This document shows, piece by piece, positions 5,617 through 12,565 of a stretch of DNA of 12,565 nucleotides. Each line of letters begins with the position of its first letter. Positions within the stretch are counted from its first letter, which is position 1. The translations under genes were made by a program, and so were the position numbers. The stretch comes from a bacterium (lineage in GTDB: Bacteria; Muiribacteriota; UBA6191). The notes under the pieces are model-generated. The model was not told where the DNA came from, did no database searches, and saw only the letters and a program-made list of their open reading frames with translations. The stretch spans positions 1 to 12,565 of the forward strand of contig JAYZAC010000118.1 of NCBI GenBank assembly GCA_036339875.1, written 5' to 3'.

Positions 5617-8208
5617 CTACTTGTAAAGTTCCGCAGCATCCCAACCTTTTTCTCGGGCAGTATCAATTAAAGTCCAACCTTCATCAGCTTGATTGAGAAA
5701 CTCCAACATATACTTTCCTTTTATAAATTCAGATTCACCTGTATTTTCGACCTTAGAAACTTTATCTAACATTTGAAAGGCTCTTCTTAAACGATGCTTT
5801 CCAGGATTCTTCAAAAGAATTTGATTAGCTAGATATTTCATAGCCCAAGGTTCTTCGAAGCGAGCTGCTGCATCTATGTACTGCTTCGCCTGCAATTCAT
5901 TCTTTGAAATACCATCTCCATTTAACAGATGCCGTGCCATACTAGCTAACGCTTCAGGATGGTTTAATTTACTACTTTTGCTCAAATGTTCCATGGCCAT
6001 ATCAATATTCTTCGAAATCTTTTCGAATCCATCACGATATATAACGTAAAGGTAATATGAGGCTGGTGCGTAATTTAGTTTCTCCGCCCTATAAAGTAAG
6101 TCTAAACCTCTCTCTACATTAGTTAAACCAGCTTGCTGCTCAACATACATTTTACCTAGCATATATTCACAACTAGGAAATTTTTGACCACTACACTGTT
6201 TAAAAAATCTAAATCCAGCAATTTGATTAAGAAGGCGACCCTGTCCTTTGTAGTTCATAAAACCCAACATATATATTGCATGATTATTATTTAGAGCTGC
6301 TGCTTTCTCATAAAACTCAATTGCTTCTGAATATTTTTTTTCTAAATATAGTTTGTCAGCCATCTCAAGATAGGCCTGAGGTGAAACAGCTTCATCCTTA
6401 AAGTTCGGTAAGATCCAAATCAGAAGTATTATGGGAATCAAGAATACATAGTTAGTGATTATCTGTTTTACTGAAATACTTGTACGTCGCATTGCAAGTA
6501 TCTCATCTCTCATGGAACGAGAATGTATTAACTTATAACTACCGAGGGGAATTATTGGAATAGGAAAACAAAACCATAATGTCGAAATCACTGATCCGCA
6601 CGTACTACACTTTTCAGACTTACTATGAAAACGTTTACCAAAACTAAGCCAATCATTTATCGCATAAGCGGTTTCTTGTGTCTGTTTTGATGATTTTGAA
6701 TCATCGATACACTGGTCACAAAAAGGTGACAGACGTTTAGAAGGGTTATTTTCTTGAACCACTTCATTGAGCTTTGAACCATCCCCACTTAGGACGCTTA
6801 TTAGATCTTCCATTTCGTTTGATTTTGACTTATCGACCTCCAGATTATCGCTCTCCATGAGCTTTTCTGTATATGCATCTTCTTCCTCTTTCTCTGCTGA
6901 TAGAGCATCATCAAGGTAAAACTCTTGAACTCTTCTCAATGCTTGAGCGTAAGATATTGAATGCCTTCCTAATCGGTGGAGTAATTTAACACCCTCTTGA
7001 TACAATTCTGTATCACTAAACCCTTCATCTTCTCTACTCAGATGAATACGTAAACTTTCAGCGAACGCGTCATCATGGATTAATCCTAGAGCATGGCAGG
7101 CACTTTTGAAGCTAGCTATATCACCTCTGTTCAATAAACGAGTAATACCAGCCTCTATATGTTGTTCTTGACCACCTAGTTTCCACAGTCCAATAATTGC
7201 ATTTGCAACTACGCGATTATTATCATCGTATGAACATTGAACGAGCTTCCTAACATCTTCAACTGTACATAACTCAATAAATCCTTCCAAAGCGTTAGCT
7301 CTAACTCGATGATCCTCATGAGCTAAATAGTTAAGCAATATCTTTCTGATTTTCTCGCTATCTTCACTAATTCCACCCAAGGCCAGTAGAGCACTGGCTA
7401 ATTGAAAATTATCTTTTGTATTTTCTAGAAGTCGCTGAAAATGATCAACAATACTAAAGTCTTGATCGAGTATGTGCTTAGCTGGGATTGAGTCTTCAGA
7501 AATAATTTTTGATCGATCAGATGTGTTTAGATTTTTACTAATAAAATTAAAGCTCTTTATGTAGGTATCATGATCTGACTTAGACATCCTAGACAGCATT
7601 GCGGATCTAGCTTGAGGACGCATCTCCTTGATGGTCATAAGCACAAAGTCTCGTACGTCTTGAGATTCATCGAGTATCAAGCAAGCCGCATATGCTTGAC
7701 TTGAAATAACATCATGCTTAATCAAAGATAGAAAGGCTTGTTTTCGTATCTCTGGCTGTGGATTTTTCATCCACTCCATTAAGTCCTCACGAAACCGACT
7801 TGGCTGAATTGCAGCCAATTGAATAGCGTTAATAGTTAGCCAATCCTGATTACGTAATTGAGCAATATGCTTTATTAAATCATAAGCCTCAATCAATTGT
7901 GCTTTAAGAATGTACTGTACAGCTCGAGCCTGTACTTTTGGATCATCATTTTGAAACGCCAGTTGAATGCGTTTTCGAATGGACTTTGTTTGTTTGTGCT
8001 TACTTCCCGTTCGCAAGTTTTTAATTTGCTCTTCCAAAAACTTTATAATTGGAGGATGTTTTTCAAATTCTAAAGCCGACTCAAGCAACCGTAATTTGTC
8101 TTTTTCCGGAGATTCTAGGAGATTTACAAAGTTTCTCTGCCGACTACTGGGGTCAGCATCTTGCAGTCCCAGCGACTTCAACCTTCTCTCGTCGTCCAAG
8201 TTCGCCAT
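5617..8208 (-). CDS. Membrane protein: N-terminal HEAT repeats, acidic linker, CxxC...CxxC Zn ribbon, TM helix, C-terminal Sel1/TPR repeats
   Basis: HEAT motifs LQDADPSSRQR, DDPKVQARAV, PQPEIRKQA, HEDHRVRANALE and DDNNRVVANAIIGL. CDQC (aa 497) and CSTC (aa 534), then TLWFCFPIPIIPLGSYK and TM YVFLIPIILLIWILP (aa 587-601). Sel1 motifs AIEFYEKAA, AIYMLGFMNYKGQG, CEYMLGKMY and HLLNGDGISKN. Confidence 0.85.
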   Translation of the reverse strand: MANLDDERRLKSLGLQDADPSSRQRNFVNLLESPEKDKLRLLESALEFEKHPPIIKFLEEQIKNLRTGSKHKQTKSIRKRIQLAFQNDDPKVQARAVQYILKAQLIEAYDLIKHIAQLRNQDWLTINAIQLAAIQPSRFREDLMEWMKNPQPEIRKQAFLSLIKHDVISSQAYAACLILDESQDVRDFVLMTIKEMRPQARSAMLSRMSKSDHDTYIKSFNFISKNLNTSDRSKIISEDSIPAKHILDQDFSIVDHFQRLLENTKDNFQLASALLALGGISEDSEKIRKILLNYLAHEDHRVRANALEGFIELCTVEDVRKLVQCSYDDNNRVVANAIIGLWKLGGQEQHIEAGITRLLNRGDIASFKSACHALGLIHDDAFAESLRIHLSREDEGFSDTELYQEGVKLLHRLGRHSISYAQALRRVQEFYLDDALSAEKEEEDAYTEKLMESDNLEVDKSKSNEMEDLISVLSGDGSKLNEVVQENNPSKRLSPFCDQCIDDSKSSKQTQETAYAINDWLSFGKRFHSKSEKCSTCGSVISTLWFCFPIPIIPLGSYKLIHSRSMRDEILAMRRTSISVKQIITNYVFLIPIILLIWILPNFKDEAVSPQAYLEMADKLYLEKKYSEAIEFYEKAAALNNNHAIYMLGFMNYKGQGRLLNQIAGFRFFKQCSGQKFPSCEYMLGKMYVEQQAGLTNVERGLDLLYRAEKLNYAPASYYLYVIYRDGFEKISKNIDMAMEHLSKSSKLNHPEALASMARHLLNGDGISKNELQAKQYIDAAARFEEPWAMKYLANQILLKNPGKHRLRRAFQMLDKVSKVENTGESEFIKGKYMLEFLNQADEGWTLIDTAREKGWDAAELYK

Positions 8209-8225
8209 TAACTGAGTGTATCACA
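8209..8225 (-). promoter_or_regulatory. Extended -10 promoter positioned for leaderless transcription
   Basis: Minus strand TGTGa-TACACT (hexamer 8215-8220), 6 nt, then ATG 8208; no SD. Confidence 0.6.
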
Positions 8226-8268
8226 ATTAAGCTTGAGTCTACAGAGCTCAAATGATGTGACGTTTTTG

Positions 8269-9420
8269 TTAATTCGAGGGTAATCCGATAGAACCTAGTA
8301 TTTCCATTGCAACCTGCCGAGCTGAAATTAAAGCACCTTGAATAGATGGTTGAATTTGTCCATCACCACAATAATAGATACCATCTTTGTGTAGCGATCT
8401 AACTTCCAACTTATCCACGATAGGTAAAGCTCTTGAAATCTCGTATCTCTTCAAATGCTCAAACCTAAAACCAGGAAACCAATCATTTAATTGACTCTTA
8501 ATGTGGGTTTCATGAACCTTTGAGTAAGGTTCAATAAGATTTACAGACAACAAAGATTTTCCATCTGGTGAGTATGCTTTCGAAACACTCGAAATTGGTG
8601 CTAGATGGTTAATTGCTCCTTCACTGTTTCCATTGAGATATAAAAGCGGTGAACTCGGTTTAAATGAATCCGAAATAAAATAATCGGTTGTTACTTGCCT
8701 AGCGCCAGAATCCCAAGAATTATGAGCTTGAATAACAAAGTCGTAATCGGAATTTAATTGATTAATATCCACCAACTCACCCAGCCTCAAACAAAAAGAA
8801 GAATTATCGGCAAGCTGTCTTGCAAGCTGCCCCATTCCCTTTTTCGGTATTGCTACCTCAGAAACTGCAAAAAGTCTGTATAAATACGCAAAAAACGAAG
8901 CCGGAGTATTCAGTTCTCTCTCCAGAAAAACACCTGAAAAAAAAGGTCGGAAGAAACGTGAGATTATTTCTGAGCTAAAACCATGCTCTTCTAAAAATTG
9001 TATAGTTGATAGCTCATTCAAGGCTTCATCTTCAGGGTCAACAAACCTCAACTTGAGAATTCTTAATTTATCTGTAAGCGAGCCAATTGGTGCGCACAAT
9101 GTTTCAAAAAATTTACTAGGTTTACGAAACGGATCGGTCACTTCATAGAAATCCCTTCCTAATCTAACCTTAGCTCCCGGGCTAAAATACTGGAGTTCTA
9201 GTCCTTTGTAGTCAAAAGCTCTAGTACCCTCACTGTAAGCAGGCTGGAATACCTGAAAACCATGGTCAAGTAAAAAACCATCCAACTTATCTGTTTGTAT
9301 GCGCCCCCCTATGTGATGATTTTTATCAAAGACAGTTACATGTAGATTCTGCGATAAAATCTTAGCGCAATAGAGTCCGGAAATTCCAGCTCCCACAATC
9401 GCAGCAGTTTTGGTTTTCAT
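8269..9420 (-). CDS. FAD-dependent oxidoreductase (flavin amine oxidase / phytoene dehydrogenase / HemY-like superfamily)
   Basis: Dinucleotide-binding IVGAGISGLYCA, then GGRIQTD..DGFLLDHGFQVF, FFRPFFSGVFLE, PKKGMGQL, and C-terminal GIYYCGD...SIQGALISAR. Substrate unknown. Confidence 0.9.
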   Translation of the reverse strand: MKTKTAAIVGAGISGLYCAKILSQNLHVTVFDKNHHIGGRIQTDKLDGFLLDHGFQVFQPAYSEGTRAFDYKGLELQYFSPGAKVRLGRDFYEVTDPFRKPSKFFETLCAPIGSLTDKLRILKLRFVDPEDEALNELSTIQFLEEHGFSSEIISRFFRPFFSGVFLERELNTPASFFAYLYRLFAVSEVAIPKKGMGQLARQLADNSSFCLRLGELVDINQLNSDYDFVIQAHNSWDSGARQVTTDYFISDSFKPSSPLLYLNGNSEGAINHLAPISSVSKAYSPDGKSLLSVNLIEPYSKVHETHIKSQLNDWFPGFRFEHLKRYEISRALPIVDKLEVRSLHKDGIYYCGDGQIQPSIQGALISARQVAMEILGSIGLPSN

Positions 9421-9494
9421 ACTCCGATGATACTAAGTAGTTCCGAAACAGTCCAATATGTTCATAAAGTTTATGTGGGTGTTAAACTCAGGGG
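9421..9494. promoter_or_regulatory. Compact divergent promoter region, both sides positioned for leaderless transcription
   Basis: Minus: TGGACT (9450-9455), 17 nt, TATCAT (9427-9432), 6 nt, ATG 9420. Plus: TTCATA (9461-9466), 16 nt, TAAACT (9483-9488, preceded by TGt), 6 nt, ATG 9495. Palindrome CATAAA-G-TTTATG at 9463-9475. Confidence 0.55.
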
Positions 9495-9959
9495 ATGGAT
9501 GATCTTATATTACAAAGTCCGTGTCCGAGTAGGATGGAAACTTGTTTAGTAGAAAAAGTATTTCCGATTGCCAAAACAAAATTGGATAAAGCCTGGGAAG
9601 CTCTGCAGCAAAGAGAAACTTTTGTCGAGTCTCAAATCCCCCCGTACAAAGTGGAATTCGATTCACCACAACAGCACGGTCCGTTTAATGTGGGCGAGTT
9701 AAACATTCATCACGGTCCTTTTTTAAGTGTTCATGGACGGATTGGTGACATATCTGCCAATTATCGTGATTTAGAATATTTCTACGGCTCATACGTTTTC
9801 AGTTTTCGTTGGATTCGTCCGGTTCGATTGCAGTTCTTCAAGGAGGATGATGGCATCAGAATGCGATTAAAAGCCTACGTCATTCCCTGGATGCGACCAT
9901 TTTGGCTCATCGGAAATTCCGTGTTCTGGAGTTTCTTTGGTATCAACTTTATCCTTTAA
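9495..9959 (+). CDS. Hypothetical protein, aromatic-rich, possibly SRPBCC/helix-grip-like
   Basis: 154-aa ORF filling the gap. The strand, LDKAWEAL helix, multiple strands and amphipathic aromatic C-terminal helix are reminiscent of SRPBCC proteins; the fold call is tentative. Confidence 0.7.
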   Translation: MDDLILQSPCPSRMETCLVEKVFPIAKTKLDKAWEALQQRETFVESQIPPYKVEFDSPQQHGPFNVGELNIHHGPFLSVHGRIGDISANYRDLEYFYGSYVFSFRWIRPVRLQFFKEDDGIRMRLKAYVIPWMRPFWLIGNSVFWSFFGINFIL

Positions 9960-10007
9960 TTCCCAGACGAACTTGACCTATGCTCTTATACGTGGGTTCA
10001 TGGAATC

Positions 10008-11852
10008 ATGGACCGAGCAAACGAGATATTGAAGCACGTATTTGGCTATGACTCCTTCCGCAGTAACCAACAGCAGGCTATTAATTCAGCTCTGGAAGGT
10101 AGAGACTGTCTGGTACTAATGCCTACAGGTGGAGGTAAATCTCTCTGCTACCAAATACCAGCTCTAATCAAAGATGGATACACTCTTGTAGTATCACCTT
10201 TAATCGCACTCATGAAAGATCAGGTGGATAATTTACGAGAATCAGAAGTGGCGGCAGCCTACATCAACTCAAGTATTGAGGTGTCACAAAGAAATGCAAT
10301 CAGAGAACAAATAGCTAATGGCGCCATTAAACTTGTCTATATGGCTCCTGAGGGAGTGGTTGCAAATCTATATTGGTTGAGGCAACACCCTCCTGCTCTT
10401 ATTGCTATCGATGAAGCTCATTGCGTCTCTCAATGGGGACATGACTTTAGAACAGAATATCGAGATTTAGCTGATGCCTTTGATCAATTACCAAGAAGAG
10501 TACCTAGAATGGCACTTACAGCAACTGCAAATCCAATGGTTCGTATGGATATCATTCAAAATTTAAATCTCGTTGGCGGACAACAATTCGTAAGTAGTTT
10601 CAATCGCCCTAATATTGAATACCGTATTCAATACAAAGATAATCCTATGAAGCAATTGAAAAGCTTCTTATCAAACTACAAATCTCAATCAGGGATTATT
10701 TATTGCGCCACAAGAAAATCAGTAGAAAAGGTTCATGCTCAAATTATTAAAGATGGCTTTGACGCAGATTATTATCATGCTGGCTTAACTGCAAATCAGA
10801 GGGATGCTACTCAATCTCGATTTCAACAATCCGATCATTCTATTATGGTTGCAACAGTGGCTTTTGGAATGGGTATTGATAAACCGGACATTCGTTTTGT
10901 ATTTCATTACGATATGCCAGCTAATCTATCGGCTTATTATCAGGAGACAGGACGTGCAGGGAGAGACGGTCAAGCTTCAGTCGCTCATATGATTTATGGT
11001 CTTCAAGATGTAATGACAAGAAAGATGCTAATCAAATCCAGTAAGGCTCCTGCTGAGATAATTCAAGCCAGAAAAAGTCAATTACGTGAAATACTAAGCT
11101 TTTGTGAAACTACCGCATGTCGCCGCAAAATATTACTAGAGCATTTTGGTGAATCAACTGATCAAAGATGCGGCAATTGCGATAGCTGCCTAAACCCAGC
11201 GGCAATGCAAAACGGTACTCTACAAGCCCAGCAATTTATTTCTTGCATGATGAGAGTGGTACAAAGTCGAGGCTTACAAGTTTGCGCAGGACAAAGTGTT
11301 GGTTTCGGAGCACAACATATATTAAACATACTTCGTGGTAGTGAAAATCAAATGATACTAAAATGGCGTCATAATGAACTGAGTACTTACGGTATTGGAA
11401 AAAACCTCAGCTTAAAGCATTGGCAATGTATTGTCAGACAGATGTTCGTTGCTGAACTTATCGATGAACAACATTCAGAATTTAACACATTAATTTTGAC
11501 TGATAAAGCCATTGAATTTGTTAAATCAAAGCAGACCTTAAATGTTCGTGAAGACGTACTTTTTCGTCAAATTAAAAAATCAATCTCCAAAAATAGAACA
11601 GCCAAACCTAGCTATAATTTCAATTCAGAAGATGAACAATTATTTGATTCTTTAAGACAGTGGCGTAAGAATAAAGCTGCTGTCCTTGGCAAACCAGCCT
11701 ATGTAATTTGTGGAGATCGTACAATCGCTGATCTGGTTCTAAAAATGCCCCAAACTACTGAACAACTTAATAGCATCCATGGCTTAGGAAATTCAAAAAT
11801 CAGCAAGTATGGCAATGAATTGCTCGAAATTATTAAATCTGGCAACGAATAA
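10008..11852 (+). CDS. recQ: ATP-dependent DNA helicase RecQ
   Basis: VFGYDSFR, MPTGGGKSLCYQIP, DEAHCVSQWGHDFR, ALTATA, ATVAFGMGIDKPD, YYQETGRAGRDG, Zn site CRR...CGNCDSC, RQC winged helix and C-terminal HRDC domain. Confidence 0.98.
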   Translation: MDRANEILKHVFGYDSFRSNQQQAINSALEGRDCLVLMPTGGGKSLCYQIPALIKDGYTLVVSPLIALMKDQVDNLRESEVAAAYINSSIEVSQRNAIREQIANGAIKLVYMAPEGVVANLYWLRQHPPALIAIDEAHCVSQWGHDFRTEYRDLADAFDQLPRRVPRMALTATANPMVRMDIIQNLNLVGGQQFVSSFNRPNIEYRIQYKDNPMKQLKSFLSNYKSQSGIIYCATRKSVEKVHAQIIKDGFDADYYHAGLTANQRDATQSRFQQSDHSIMVATVAFGMGIDKPDIRFVFHYDMPANLSAYYQETGRAGRDGQASVAHMIYGLQDVMTRKMLIKSSKAPAEIIQARKSQLREILSFCETTACRRKILLEHFGESTDQRCGNCDSCLNPAAMQNGTLQAQQFISCMMRVVQSRGLQVCAGQSVGFGAQHILNILRGSENQMILKWRHNELSTYGIGKNLSLKHWQCIVRQMFVAELIDEQHSEFNTLILTDKAIEFVKSKQTLNVREDVLFRQIKKSISKNRTAKPSYNFNSEDEQLFDSLRQWRKNKAAVLGKPAYVICGDRTIADLVLKMPQTTEQLNSIHGLGNSKISKYGNELLEIIKSGNE

Positions 11853-11864
11853 TAGCCAAATTCT

Positions 11865-11899
11865 TTGAAACTCTATTTGTGTAATGATAATCTCATTGT
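11865..11899 (+). promoter_or_regulatory. Sigma70-type promoter positioned for leaderless transcription
   Basis: TTGAAA (11865-11870), 17 nt, TAATCT (11888-11893, preceded by TGa), 6 nt, ATG 11900; no SD. Confidence 0.6.
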
Positions 11900-12526
11900 A
11901 TGTATCACGGAGAGCGCTTCAATAGTATTACTCATTTAGTTGGAGCGGCACTTTCACTGATGGGCCTTGGAGCGTTGGTTACCGTTGGAGTCAACTCGGG
12001 TAACATCAAATTATTAATCAGTTACACAATATTTGGTATGAGTATGGTCCTACTTTATACCATGTCTACTTTATATCACAGCTTCCATCCAGCCCATTTG
12101 AAGCGATTGTTTCGTAAGCTAGATCACATCGCAATTTATATACTTATTGCGGGTACCTACACTCCATATTTGTTAGTTGCATTGAAGGAAAACAAAGGTG
12201 TTTGGATACTTACATTTGTCTGGATAATGGCAATTATTGGTATCTGTGTTGACATCTTCAAACACAAACGAAATGAAACCTTGCAAATATGTATTTACCT
12301 AGTAATGGGGTGGACGGTATGCTTGGACTTCAATGGTATCTATCAGGCCATTTCAACTCTAGGTTTCTTCTGGCTAGCGCTGGGTGGAGCATGTTATTGC
12401 ATCGGGCTAATATTTTATGTTCTCGATGGGTTCAAACGATTTAACCATGCTCATGGAATATGGCATCTATGGGTAATGGCAGGAACATTTTTTCATTTCA
12501 TATCAATCATTAATTACGTCAGATAG
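11900..12526 (+). CDS. trhA: Hemolysin III family / PAQR membrane homeostasis protein (YqfA/TrhA-like)
   Basis: ERFNSITHLVG, STLYH, LDHIAIYILIAGTYTP, YLVMGW, GG.CY.IG.IFY and HGIWHLWV, with about 7 TM helices. Confidence 0.95.
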   Translation: MYHGERFNSITHLVGAALSLMGLGALVTVGVNSGNIKLLISYTIFGMSMVLLYTMSTLYHSFHPAHLKRLFRKLDHIAIYILIAGTYTPYLLVALKENKGVWILTFVWIMAIIGICVDIFKHKRNETLQICIYLVMGWTVCLDFNGIYQAISTLGFFWLALGGACYCIGLIFYVLDGFKRFNHAHGIWHLWVMAGTFFHFISIINYVR

Positions 12527-12565
12527 TTAAGCCGGCATACTAGGTCCAAACACATATAATACATT
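12527..12565 (-). CDS. Possible 3' end of a convergent gene entering from outside the window
   Basis: Open frame ...NVLYVFGPSMPA* whose TAA (12527-12529) abuts the hemolysin III stop. Too short to verify. Confidence 0.25.
   Translation of the reverse strand, partial: NVLYVFGPSMPA

Noticed and set aside
7967..8255. Two plus-strand ORFs (82 and 68 aa)
   Set aside because: Antisense shadows of the HEAT-repeat gene start.
10804..10992. 62-aa alternate-frame ORF
   Set aside because: Out-of-frame overlap within conserved RecQ helicase motifs.
11880..11898. Fur-box-like AATGATAATCTCATT upstream of the hemolysin III gene
   Set aside because: Only 12/19 match to the Fur consensus with wrong half-site spacing, and it is explained by the extended -10 element. 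An operator role is not excluded.
1..12565. Mobile element, prophage, CRISPR or known defence island
   Set aside because: No transposase, integrase, phage or cas genes, no repeat-spacer array, and no obvious compositional break by eye. RecQ is the canonical housekeeping form.

Overview
AT-rich bacterial chromosomal window, densely coding, with no rRNA, tRNA, CRISPR array or mobile element recognisable. In order: the 5' part of an exported rhodanese-like sulfurtransferase (minus strand, missed by the ORF track); a DUF523 (TudS/RudS-like) [4Fe-4S] desulfidase; a secreted 4-Cys hypothetical protein; an operon of a degenerate OsmC/YhfA-like protein and a Cys-type glutathione peroxidase; a Y-family (DinB-like) polymerase homologue that appears catalytically dead and has no imuA/dnaE2 neighbours; a convergent, probably exported, full-length eukaryote-type XendoU/EndoU ribonuclease with intact His-His-Lys; a candidate 35-aa membrane peptide; an 863-aa HEAT-repeat/Zn-ribbon/TM/Sel1 protein; an FAD-dependent oxidoreductase; a hypothetical protein; RecQ; and a hemolysin III/PAQR protein. 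The most notable signals are the XendoU-type nuclease, two head-to-head putative pseudoenzymes (OsmC-like and Pol Y-like), the membrane-spanning solenoid protein, and four to five genes in the right half with a -10 box exactly 6 nt before the ATG and no usable Shine-Dalgarno (leaderless mRNA signature). All family calls come from motif recognition by eye, not database searches.
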